From: Limisphaerales bacterium
GTDB taxonomy: Bacteria; Verrucomicrobiota; Verrucomicrobiia; Limisphaerales; UBA11358
Direction of reading: 5' to 3'
DNA length: 64,000 bases
Assembly (NCBI GenBank): GCA_052145735.1
Contig: JBKQOA010000143.1
Location: forward strand, 21,916-85,915
Positions within the stretch are counted from its first letter, which is position 1. Each line of letters opens with the position of its first letter. Under the pieces are notes generated by a model. That model was not told the DNA's origin, made no database searches, and saw only the letters and a program-made list of their open reading frames with translations. Below, piece after piece: positions 27,578 through 36,030 of this stretch. A program made the translations under genes and the position numbers.

Positions 27578-28487
27578 TTTACGCCTGCGTTTCGCCCTGG
27601 CGCTGGCGCTCCTTTTGCTGCCCCGGCCCGGCCACGGCCAGGACATCGAGCCGCGCCGCTGGAGTCATTTGCCGATTGGGGCCAACTTTGCCGGCGCTGC
27701 CTATGCCTACACCACCGGAGACATCTCCCTGAATCCCGAGCTTAAGATTCAGAACGGCCAGTTCGATCTCCAAACCATCGGATTGAAATACATCCGGAGC
27801 TTCGAGCTGCTCGGCAAGTCGGCCCGCGTTGATCTCGTTCAGCCCTATCAGTTCGGCCACTGGACCGGCCTGCTCAACGGTGTGCCCGGCACGGCAGATC
27901 GCAACGGATTCGCCGACACCTCCGCGCGCTTTGCGGTGAACCTGATCGGGGCGCCGCCGCTCGCGGGCAAGGAATTCGCCGAATACCGCGCCAAGGCGGA
28001 CCACGAGACGATTGTGGGCGCGGGCCTCATCGTGCAATTTCCCACCGGACAATACTACGATGACAAATTGATCAACCTGGGCAACAACCGGTTCGCGTTC
28101 CGTCCGCAACTCGGCGTCGTCCACAACTGGGGCAAGTGGACGGCGGAACTCACCGGCCAGGGCTGGTTCTTCACGGACAACAATGACTTCTTCAACGGCA
28201 AGCGGCTGGAGCAGGATCCGATGTATGGCGCCGATAGCCACTTGATTTACACCTTTCGCCCCGGCCTCTGGGTGTCCGGCAGTTTCGGCTACGCCGGCGG
28301 CGGTGAAACTGCCGTGAACGGAGTTTCGAACAACGACAACCAATGCAATATCGGCTGGGGTCTCGCCGTGGGCCTCCCGATCAGCCGCGCCGTCGGCGTG
28401 AAGCTCGCCTACATTGGAACTCGCACCGAAGTCAGTACCGGGATGAACTCGGACACCTTTCTCTGCGCCATCTCCGTGATGTGGTGA
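27456..28487 (+). CDS. Outer-membrane beta-barrel protein, paralog of 8865..9800
   Basis: LLLPRPGHGQDIEPRRWSHLPIGANFAGAAYAYTTGDISL.. is nearly identical in pattern to the 8865 gene, and it ends ..CAISVMW. The start is uncertain: the mature-region homology begins near 27585, and the upstream part overlaps intergenic-type repeats. Confidence 0.6.
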   Translation: MNALRKNQFALGGSQTALAVRLSDDDRFSGGATDHCSLLTPLRLRFALALALLLLPRPGHGQDIEPRRWSHLPIGANFAGAAYAYTTGDISLNPELKIQNGQFDLQTIGLKYIRSFELLGKSARVDLVQPYQFGHWTGLLNGVPGTADRNGFADTSARFAVNLIGAPPLAGKEFAEYRAKADHETIVGAGLIVQFPTGQYYDDKLINLGNNRFAFRPQLGVVHNWGKWTAELTGQGWFFTDNNDFFNGKRLEQDPMYGADSHLIYTFRPGLWVSGSFGYAGGGETAVNGVSNNDNQCNIGWGLAVGLPISRAVGVKLAYIGTRTEVSTGMNSDTFLCAISVMW

Positions 28488-28548
28488 GATGCAAACAAGA
28501 TTTAAAAAATGAATAAACAGATTCAACAGAAGCCAAGTTCCGGAGGGA

Positions 28549-28636
28549 GTGATCAGTTATAAGTGAACAGTCATCAGCTATCGGTGAACGCTGCTGACTG
28601 GCTACTGATGACCGGTTACTGTTCACTGGCTACTTC
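28549..28636. repeat. CAGT-rich quasi-palindromic intergenic element
   Basis: Left arm gtgatcagttataagtgaacagtcatcag and right arm ctactgatgaccggttactgttcactggctac. The reverse complement of the right arm contains GTGAACAGT..GTCATCAG. Confidence 0.6.
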
Positions 28637-28702
28637 TTCGCGAAGGCGACTGTTCAAGTTCCGAAGCCACACGCAAACAAAAAATTGAAAGGAAATAAAA
28701 AT

Positions 28703-29038
28703 ATGGAAAGTCATCTCCCACCGATGGAGGAAGATCGCAGCCGAATCGCCCGCGAACGCATGCTGGCAGACCTGGGGGCCATCGCCGCTGATGCCGAAGC
28801 GTTGCTGCAGGCCACGGTTGCCGATGCGGGCGACAAGGCGAAAGAGACCCGCGCCCGGCTGGCGGCGGCGCTCGAAAAAGCAAAAGCAACCTATCAGGAA
28901 TTCAAGACCCAGGAAGTCGAGTCCGCCAAGGCGGCGGTGAACAAGGCGGACCAGACCATTCGCGCGCACCCATATGAAGCCATCGGCATCGCGTTTGGCG
29001 TTGGCATTCTGCTGGGCGCTCTCCTGCGGCGAAAATGA
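28703..29038 (+). CDS. ElaB/YqjD/DUF883-family membrane-anchored protein
   Basis: Helical N-terminus, conserved HPYEAIGIAFGVGILLGALLRRK C-terminal anchor, and an AAAGGA box upstream of the ATG at 28703. Confidence 0.85.
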   Translation: MESHLPPMEEDRSRIARERMLADLGAIAADAEALLQATVADAGDKAKETRARLAAALEKAKATYQEFKTQEVESAKAAVNKADQTIRAHPYEAIGIAFGVGILLGALLRRK

Positions 29039-29433
29039 GCAATATGTTTGAATCTGAACCGGACTCCGGCGGATTCATGGAATCCGTTCGCCGGCTGGGA
29101 AACTCGCTGCTGGGACTTTTGCACGCGCGGGCCGAGCTGTTCGCGGTCGAGTTGCAGGAGGAGAAGCTCCGAGCCATCCGGCTGATGGTATGGGTCGCCG
29201 TGGCCATCACCCTCGGCGTCGCGGGCATCCTGATCGCCATTGGCGGGCTGGCACTGTTTTTTTGGGAAATGGCAGGCTATTGGGGGCTCGCCGGCCTCGC
29301 GGCCGGTACCCTCGGGACGGCGGCGATCATCCTATGGATCATTCACCGGCAAATCGTGCATGGCCCCGCTCCCTTCGCGGGGACGGTTGCCGAGTTCAGA
29401 AAGGACGCCGAATGTCTGCGCCAGAGAAAATGA
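29035..29433 (+). CDS. YqjE-like (phage-holin-family/DUF1469-like) membrane protein
   Basis: ATGA overlap with the previous gene. RAELFAVELQEEK followed by two TM helices, as in YqjE. Confidence 0.7.
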   Translation: MSNMFESEPDSGGFMESVRRLGNSLLGLLHARAELFAVELQEEKLRAIRLMVWVAVAITLGVAGILIAIGGLALFFWEMAGYWGLAGLAAGTLGTAAIILWIIHRQIVHGPAPFAGTVAEFRKDAECLRQRK

Positions 29434-29678
29434 ACGACTTGACCGCACGCAAACGCCTGATCATCGCGCAAGCCGATCTCCACCGTCAGGTCATCGAGCT
29501 GGAGTGCCAACGCGTTGTGCAGCGCCTGGATCGAACGCAGGACTTTGTTCACCAAAAACGGTGGTGGCTGTTGGGTGGAGCCGCCGTCGGCGGTTTGTTG
29601 CTCGCCCCAAGATGGCGGCGCTTTCTGGGGTGGCTGCCCTTGATCCCGGATGTGTTGCGAGTTTTGCGTGATGAATGA
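29430..29678 (+). CDS. YqjK-like small membrane protein
   Basis: ATGA overlap with the previous stop. RKRLIIAQADLHRQ coiled segment, then one TM. The position after the yqjD/yqjE homologs mirrors E. coli yqjDEK. An alternative start is at 29412. Confidence 0.55.
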   Translation: MNDLTARKRLIIAQADLHRQVIELECQRVVQRLDRTQDFVHQKRWWLLGGAAVGGLLLAPRWRRFLGWLPLIPDVLRVLRDE

Positions 29679-29684
29679 CAAACT

Positions 29685-31112
29685 ATGAAAACCACCCAAA
29701 AACAAAAATCGGAAAAAGTGGCAAGTGCCGGCCACCGGTCACTGATCACTGATCGCTGGTCACTCTGTCTGGTCCTCCTGCTCCTTACTCTTGCCACCGG
29801 CTGCCGCTTGTTGCAAAAAGCGGCGAATGTCCCGGGCCAGGCCGTCCAGGCTGTCACCCCTGGAAACACGGACAAACAGGCCGCCGACACGGTGGAGGTG
29901 CAGCAAATGTTGTTGCGGTTCGCCGACGAATACACGACGCGAATGATCTTCGGCATTGATAAACTCCGGCGTGGCACCAACGCGCCGGATGCCGCGGAAA
30001 TCCTAAGGTGGAAAATCACGCTCGCCACCGAGAGCTGCTCCATTGCCTCCGGTCCGAAGCCGGTCGCCAACCTGCTCGACATGGTTATTTTTGTCACGGT
30101 GACACGGATGGCATTGGCAGACTATTGGCAGCCCAAGGTTTTCGGTGAATCCACACTGCCGCTGCTCGAAAGCGCACAAAGTTCAGAGGCAGAAATCTGG
30201 CTGATCGCCGGCGGCATTCTCCGGCCGGAGCAGCAGACGGAATTGCGCCATGCGATTACAACGTGGTATGCCCAGAATCCGCTGCCGGAAAGCGTGACGG
30301 CGGCGCGCGCGCTGGGTTTCGCTTCGCAGGTCGCCGAGACCGACAAGGCCAACGCGGCCAAGCCCGGCAGTGTGTTCAGCCTGCTCGGGGTGGACCCGCT
30401 GGCCGGCATGGACCCGGCCGTGCGCGAGCTGGCCCAGACGCGGATGCTGGCCGAACGCGCTCTCTTTGTAACCCAGAAGATGCCGATGTTGCTGCGGTGG
30501 CAGACGGAATTATTGACCCTCAACTCGATGGCAACGCCCGCCGTGCAGCAGATGGTCTCGAACTCCACGCAAATTGCGGCTTCGGCGGAACGCTTTGCCG
30601 CCGTTGCCGAAAAGCTGCCGGGTCAGGTCAGTACCGAGCGCGAGGAAATCCTCAAGGCGCTCCAGGCGCAGGAAAAAGATGTCGCGTCTCTCATGACGAC
30701 TGGCACTGCGATGTCCACTTCCCTGAACACGACGCTCACGACCTTCGACGCGTTGATGAAACGTTTTGGGGTGGGCGAAACGAACAGTGCCGGGCCGCCG
30801 CCGACCAACGCCGAACCGTTTCGCATCCAAGACTACACGGCCACCGCAGCGCAACTTGAAGCGACCGCGCGGCAACTGACGGAATTGCTCGTCACACTCG
30901 ACCAGACGCTCGGTTCGACCAACCTCGCAAAACTCACAGCACAGGTCGGCCCGGTGGTCCAGCAGGCCCAATCCAGCGGCAAGGAGATTGTGAACTACGC
31001 CTTCTGGAAAGGCATCCTGCTCGTGGTCGTCATGCTGCTAGCCGCCCTGATTTACCGCTTTCTGGTCAACCGAATATTTCCAAAGTCGTCAACAACAAGC
31101 ACGACGAAATAA
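29685..31112 (+). CDS. ~470-aa helical envelope protein (N-terminal lipobox, C-terminal TM anchor), unknown family; paralog of 37303..38709
   Basis: LTLATGC lipobox, long helical body, C-terminal ILLVVVMLLAALIYRFLV helix. It is clearly alignable to the 37303 gene (RFAD.Y, GP.PV.N.LDM, L.PEQQ.ELR, FSLL..DP.AG.DP, MP.LL.WQ.E.L). The start is uncertain: a CAGT-type repeat lies in codons 17-27. Confidence 0.65.
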   Translation: MKTTQKQKSEKVASAGHRSLITDRWSLCLVLLLLTLATGCRLLQKAANVPGQAVQAVTPGNTDKQAADTVEVQQMLLRFADEYTTRMIFGIDKLRRGTNAPDAAEILRWKITLATESCSIASGPKPVANLLDMVIFVTVTRMALADYWQPKVFGESTLPLLESAQSSEAEIWLIAGGILRPEQQTELRHAITTWYAQNPLPESVTAARALGFASQVAETDKANAAKPGSVFSLLGVDPLAGMDPAVRELAQTRMLAERALFVTQKMPMLLRWQTELLTLNSMATPAVQQMVSNSTQIAASAERFAAVAEKLPGQVSTEREEILKALQAQEKDVASLMTTGTAMSTSLNTTLTTFDALMKRFGVGETNSAGPPPTNAEPFRIQDYTATAAQLEATARQLTELLVTLDQTLGSTNLAKLTAQVGPVVQQAQSSGKEIVNYAFWKGILLVVVMLLAALIYRFLVNRIFPKSSTTSTTK

Positions 31113-32092
31113 TGAATGGCCGTCTGTCCGCCAAATCCGGGCCAACATGGGCAATCTCACTGTTTGTGATTTCCTTCGCGGTCATCGCGGGCCGGGGCCA
31201 GAGTTTGCCGCCCGGGGCATTGCAGCAACTGGACACAGCCATCGGCCAGCGCGTCGAGGCCACGGCCGTGCTCGGCACCCAGAACATTGCCTCCCGCGCC
31301 GGCCTCGGCTGGTCGTTGAACGGCGCGGACGGCAGCATCTACAAGATCCCCTGGAATTTTCAACTGCGGGAACCAACTGCCCTGGGCGACAGCGGCATGA
31401 CATGGGCGCCGGTGATTGACGGCGGCCTCGGGTACGGCTGGTTTGTCAACCACTTCCAGAACAATCCCCTGGCCGGGAATGAATCCGATTTCCGCACGGT
31501 GGCGCTCGGGGTGAATGTCGGGCCGCGATTTTACTTCGGCGACAGCGGCTTGAGCGTGCTGCCCGCCTTCGGCCTCCTGTATGCCTACACGGAAAATGAT
31601 TTCAACGCATACACTCCCTTGGGCCAGCAAGTCGCCAAGAACGGACAATATGTCAACTGGAACGTCCAAACCATCTCCCTCGTGCCATCGTTCGAGTTGC
31701 AGTACAAAAAAACGTTCGGCCGCTGGACGCCAAAATTCACGTCGGCCTTTGCCTATTACAACACCCAGCCCATCAGCCGTTCGACCGAAGCGTTGAGCTT
31801 CCGCAGCGATTCGGCGGTGTGGGCCAACAAGCTGGACCTCGATTACCTCACCGCGTGGAAGCTGTTGGACTGCCCGGTGCATTTCGGCGGCGATGTGGGC
31901 CGCACCGACCTTTTTCAGGGTCTTCAAGGGGCGCTGGGAACTGACCATTATTACGAAACCGACGGGCGAGTGACCCTCGATGTTTTAGGCCGGCTCTGGA
32001 AGTTCAAATCGGTCGGCCTGACCGGCGGCTATTTTTGGTGTGCTGCTTTCACCGGGTATTCCGTCGGGCTGGAGTGGTCGGTAAAGTTTTGA
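31112..32092 (+). CDS. Predicted outer-membrane beta-barrel, unknown family (copy 1 of 3)
   Basis: TAATG overlap with the upstream gene, a signal peptide, amphipathic strand pattern and a terminal ..GLEWSVKF. Close paralog of 61562..62578 and distant paralog of 38723..39745. Confidence 0.65.
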   Translation: MNGRLSAKSGPTWAISLFVISFAVIAGRGQSLPPGALQQLDTAIGQRVEATAVLGTQNIASRAGLGWSLNGADGSIYKIPWNFQLREPTALGDSGMTWAPVIDGGLGYGWFVNHFQNNPLAGNESDFRTVALGVNVGPRFYFGDSGLSVLPAFGLLYAYTENDFNAYTPLGQQVAKNGQYVNWNVQTISLVPSFELQYKKTFGRWTPKFTSAFAYYNTQPISRSTEALSFRSDSAVWANKLDLDYLTAWKLLDCPVHFGGDVGRTDLFQGLQGALGTDHYYETDGRVTLDVLGRLWKFKSVGLTGGYFWCAAFTGYSVGLEWSVKF

Positions 32093-32145
32093 ACCGGACA
32101 GTTATTTTTTTTCTGAAAATACAAACTACAACCATCAATCGAAAC

Positions 32146-33237
32146 ATGAACATTACATTCAAGAGCAATCTCATGACCGCCACGTTCGTCGGTGTGCTGT
32201 CACTGGCACTGACCGGCTGCCATTCGATCGGCCCACACACGGTCGCCACGGACCGGTTTGATTACAGCTCGGCCATCGCCGATTCGTGGAAACAGCAGAC
32301 ATTGCTGAACATCGTCAAACTGCGTTACCTCGACTTGCCGGTGTTCGTGGACGTGTCGTCCGTCGTGGCCGGTTACTCCCTGCAAACCGGCATTAGCGCC
32401 GGCGGCACACTCTCCTCGGAAAATGCCATCCAGGGTAATTTTGGGACGATCGGCGGCTCGGCCATCTACACCGACCGGCCGACCATCACCTACACGCCGA
32501 TGACCGGGCAGAAATTTCTGCACGGACTCATGACACCGATTGAGCCCAAGAATATATTTTTCATGCTCCAGTCCGGTTATCCGGCAGACTTCATCCTGGG
32601 CCTGACCGTCGAGTCCTTAAACGGCGTGCATAACCGTTCCGCCACCGCGGGGACCGTGCGTGAGGCCGACCCGGAGTTCGTCCGGGTGTTGCAATTGTTG
32701 CGCGAGGTGCAGATGGCAGGGGCCGTCGGGATGCGCGTGGAGGAAAACAAGGACAAGACCGAGACCGCCGTGATGTTCTTCCGGCGCGACAACCTGCCGC
32801 CGGACCTTTTGGACAAGCTCGGCGAAATCCGGCGTCTGCTCAAACTGCCGGAAGGCCAGCAACAATTCAACCTGGTCTATTCCCCCGTGCTGGGATCGAC
32901 CAATGAACTGGCGGTGGGCAGCCGTTCCATGGTGCAGATCATGATCGCCATGGCATCCTACGCGGACGTGCCGGAATCGGATTTGAAGGACGGGCGCGCG
33001 ACGCCGTCGGTGCAGGCCACCAACAATGTAGGCAACGGTAAACCAGTCGAGATCAAGTGCAGTAAAGAGAAACCGGCGGACGCCTTTGCCGCCGTCCTTT
33101 ACCAGCATCAATGGTTTTGGATTGATAACCGCGACTGGCGCACGAAGCGTGCGTTCACGGCCATCATGTTTTTGTTCACCATGACCGAAACCGGCGCTGA
33201 CGAGAAACTGCCCCTGATCACAATCCCCGCGCAGTGA
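32146..33237 (+). CDS. Lipoprotein, unknown function
   Basis: LALTGCHS lipobox. Last gene of the 28703..33237 cluster. Confidence 0.6.
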   Translation: MNITFKSNLMTATFVGVLSLALTGCHSIGPHTVATDRFDYSSAIADSWKQQTLLNIVKLRYLDLPVFVDVSSVVAGYSLQTGISAGGTLSSENAIQGNFGTIGGSAIYTDRPTITYTPMTGQKFLHGLMTPIEPKNIFFMLQSGYPADFILGLTVESLNGVHNRSATAGTVREADPEFVRVLQLLREVQMAGAVGMRVEENKDKTETAVMFFRRDNLPPDLLDKLGEIRRLLKLPEGQQQFNLVYSPVLGSTNELAVGSRSMVQIMIAMASYADVPESDLKDGRATPSVQATNNVGNGKPVEIKCSKEKPADAFAAVLYQHQWFWIDNRDWRTKRAFTAIMFLFTMTETGADEKLPLITIPAQ

Positions 33238-33242
33238 GCAAC

Positions 33243-33348
33243 AAGTAATCAGTGCTCAGTGACCGGTCATCCGTTGTCCGCAGGTGATGATCTGTCCCCG
33301 ATCGGCGACTCCAGGCACCGGCCATTGATTACCGATTACTGTTCCTGA
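33243..33348. repeat. CAGT-rich element pair
   Basis: aagtaatcagtgctcagtgaccggtcatc and gattaccgattactgttcctgac in opposite orientation. Confidence 0.5.
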
Positions 33349-33353
33349 CCTCC

Positions 33354-33371
33354 ATTGGCCCAAGGTCCAAT
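33354..33371. promoter_or_regulatory. Palindrome ATTGG-N8-CCAAT (copy 1), candidate operator or RNA stem
   Basis: attggcccaaggtccaat recurs at 53141..53158 with one substitution. It is followed by the perfect 12-nt palindrome TTTTGCGCAAAA (33387..33398) and by GGCCAATGG, which is complementary to CCATTGGCC. Confidence 0.45.
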
Positions 33372-33531
33372 AGCCACCGGGCACTGTTTTGCGCAAAAAT
33401 GTGGCCAATGGATATGAGATTGGAGTCAGGCACACTCAAACAATGGGCTGTTGCCTTTTTCGCCGTGTCCATTGCAGAATGGGCAACCGGATCGGGCTGA
33501 ATCAGCAACCGCGACGCCAACGAATCAAACC

Positions 33532-34980
33532 ATGAAAACCACACGCACACAAAACCTCCTCGCCGCGGCGCTTGCCGGCGTGTTTGGTCTGGTTTTGTCG
33601 TTCTTCGTTTTTACCGCCCGGGCGGAGGAACATCCGCAGCTCAGCGCGGCCAGCGGGCAGGAAGTCCAGCGAGCCGCCGCCGCCGCCGCGGCCCCGGATG
33701 AGGTGTTGGAATTTACCGAGACGGTCCAGGAGGCCGCGGAGAAGCCCGGCTGGGTGGAGTCGTTCCCGATGATGGTGCGATTTATGATCGGCATCTCCAT
33801 CGTGCTGATCGTCCCCTCAATTTCGCGCCGCTGCCATCTGCCGCCGGTGGTGGGTTTGATTCTCACGGGCATCGTCTGCGGCCCCTATATTCTGGGCATG
33901 ATACGGCACACGGCCCCGGTCCTCGCCATGTTCGCGGAAATTGGTCGCCTGCTCCTGCTGTTTTATGCGGGGCTGGAAATTGATCTGGCGCTGTTCAACC
34001 AGGCCAAGTGGCGGACCACCTTTTTTGGATTCGCGACGTTCCTGTTGCCGCTCGGGTTTGGGGTCGCGCTCGGGTTGGGTTTCGGCTACAGCCTGGTGGC
34101 GGCGGTCCTGATCGGTTCCCTGCTCGCTTCGCACACCTTGATCGGCTACCCGGTGGTGGAACGCTACCAGCTCCTGCAGCGGGAACCGGTGATTGTGACT
34201 GTGGGCGCGACGATTTTCACGGACACCCTGTCTTTGACCCTCCTGACCATCTGCGTTTCCGTGCATAAAACCGGCTTCGACGGTTATCAGCTGGCGAAGC
34301 AACTGATCGAGATTGCGGCTTACATCGGCATCGTGTTGTTCGGGCTGAGCCGGCTGGCGCTTTGGTTTTTCAGGAAGTTCCAGCCGGAAGCGGAAGTCCA
34401 GTTGCTGGTCCTGCTGTTCATCGTGGGCACCGCCGGTCTCCTGGCGGAGGTCATCAACATGGAGAGCATTGTCGGCGCATTCATGGCGGGGCTGGCGGTC
34501 AACCGGGCGTTGCGCGGGACCCCCACCCAGAAGAACATCGAAGTGCTGGGCAAAACCCTGTTCCTGCCCGTCTTTTTCCTTGCCATCGGCCTGGCCATCA
34601 ACCTGCCGGAAGTCTGGCTTTGCATCCGCAGCCGTCCCGGGTTTGTTTTCCTGATGACCGCCGGATTGATCGCTGCAAAATTCCTGGCGGCCTGGATCAC
34701 CGGCGCAGTGTACGGCTACTCCCGCAACGACCGGTTCAACATGTGGTCGCTCAGCATGCCCCAGGTGGCCGCCACCATTGCCGCCGCTTTGGTCGCTTAC
34801 AAGGCGGTGAATGCCGCCGGACACCGCCTCATCGGCCAGGAAGTCCTCAGCAGCATTCTGGTGATGGTGCTGGTGACTGCCATCACCGGGCCGATCCTCA
34901 CGGAAGTGTTTTCCAAAAAAATCAGGGCGGCGGACGACGCTACGGATCCATGCAGTGAAAAAATCTTTAACCACGGATGA
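33532..34980 (+). CDS. Cation:proton antiporter (CPA2/Kef-like) with an N-terminal signal and Ala-rich extension
   Basis: About 12 TM helices and Na+/H+ exchanger-family patterns (GPYILG, LLLFYAGLEIDL, LASHTLIGYPV). N-terminus MKTTRTQNL. Confidence 0.8.
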   Translation: MKTTRTQNLLAAALAGVFGLVLSFFVFTARAEEHPQLSAASGQEVQRAAAAAAAPDEVLEFTETVQEAAEKPGWVESFPMMVRFMIGISIVLIVPSISRRCHLPPVVGLILTGIVCGPYILGMIRHTAPVLAMFAEIGRLLLLFYAGLEIDLALFNQAKWRTTFFGFATFLLPLGFGVALGLGFGYSLVAAVLIGSLLASHTLIGYPVVERYQLLQREPVIVTVGATIFTDTLSLTLLTICVSVHKTGFDGYQLAKQLIEIAAYIGIVLFGLSRLALWFFRKFQPEAEVQLLVLLFIVGTAGLLAEVINMESIVGAFMAGLAVNRALRGTPTQKNIEVLGKTLFLPVFFLAIGLAINLPEVWLCIRSRPGFVFLMTAGLIAAKFLAAWITGAVYGYSRNDRFNMWSLSMPQVAATIAAALVAYKAVNAAGHRLIGQEVLSSILVMVLVTAITGPILTEVFSKKIRAADDATDPCSEKIFNHG

Positions 34981-35011
34981 ACTCGGCACCGCCCCGGCCG
35001 CGGCCCTGGAT

Positions 35012-35110
35012 TTTGGACTGCGGAGGGAAGCGAAGCGCCACGCCGCTTCTGGCGGCAACCGGCAATGCAGAAAGCGTTGTCGCCGCTGCGCTCTGCCACC
35101 GCAGTCCAAA
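35012..35110. repeat. REP-like structured palindromic element (~100 nt)
   Basis: Outer arms TTTGGACTGCGG / CCGCAGTCCAAA, with nested stems (GAAGCG..CGCTTC) inside. Confidence 0.6.
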
Positions 35111-35223
35111 TTTTGGTCATCCGTGCGCGCCGCCAGGGCGGAAGGACTGCCCACCCTCCCTTTGATTTTATCAGTGTTCATCCGTGTCCATCCGTGGTTT
35201 AATTGCGTCGATACGGCGCCGCC

Positions 35224-35979
35224 ATGACAGAATCTCAACCACCGAAACCTGAACCCGCCGCGCCCAAGCCGCCGGCCGCCCGGCCCGCCCACATCGGGTT
35301 CCGCCGCTATTCAACGGCGGAATTTCTGGTGGCGCTGGTGCTGTTGTTTGTCACAGTGCCTTTCATTGAGAAAATCCCCCACGGCGACAGCCTCGAAGCC
35401 GCGCTTATGACGCTCGTGCTGGTGTCGGGGGTGCTGGCGGCAGGCCGGAGCCACCGGCTCCTGGTTTGGGCGGCAGTGCTGGTGGTGCCAGCGGTCGCCG
35501 CCAAATGGATGCATCACTTCTGGCCGGAACTTGTCCCTAAAGCGTTTTATTTCGTCTTTGGGTTGTTGTTTCTGATTTTTTTGATTGGGCAATTCTTGCG
35601 TTTCATCCTGCACGCACCCCGGGTCAATGCCGAGGTGGTGTATGCCGGCATCTCCGTTTATCTGCTGCTGGGCCTGTCCTGGACGTTTGCCTATCTGTTC
35701 GTGGCGTGGATGGGAGACCCGCAACATCCCGCGTTTGCCTTCAACGCCGGCCCGCCCGGCCAATTGATGGATGGTTTCACCGCCTATTATTTTAGTTTTG
35801 TAACCCTCACCACCGTCGGCTATGGTGACATCACGCCGGTTTCAAACGGGGCGCGGGCGCTGGCGGCGATGGAGGCGATGACCGGCACGCTGTACGTAGC
35901 GGTGCTCATTTCCCGGCTGGTGGCACTGTACTGTGCTCCGCCCCCGGCCAGCCGGGCAGATGGAGCCGACCATTCATGA
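35224..35979 (+). CDS. Potassium channel (2TM-type pore with extra N-terminal helices)
   Basis: Selectivity filter TLTTVGYGDITP. Confidence 0.85.
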   Translation: MTESQPPKPEPAAPKPPAARPAHIGFRRYSTAEFLVALVLLFVTVPFIEKIPHGDSLEAALMTLVLVSGVLAAGRSHRLLVWAAVLVVPAVAAKWMHHFWPELVPKAFYFVFGLLFLIFLIGQFLRFILHAPRVNAEVVYAGISVYLLLGLSWTFAYLFVAWMGDPQHPAFAFNAGPPGQLMDGFTAYYFSFVTLTTVGYGDITPVSNGARALAAMEAMTGTLYVAVLISRLVALYCAPPPASRADGADHS

Positions 35980-36030
35980 TCTTTATAATACCTGTGATTG
36001 CTTAAACAACCAAAACGAAAGGTAACGCCA

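Noticed and set aside
29190-29678. Longer 162-aa version of the YqjK-like ORF, and the overlapping 143-aa ORF 29240..29671
   Set aside because: The upstream part overlaps the well-supported YqjE-like gene in another frame and is Arg/Gly/Pro-rich. Only the portion from 29412/29430 onward looks like a real protein.
33329-33550. 73-aa minus-strand ORF upstream of the CPA2 antiporter
   Set aside because: It spans palindromic repeat elements and the antiporter start region. It has no ribosome-binding context or motif support.
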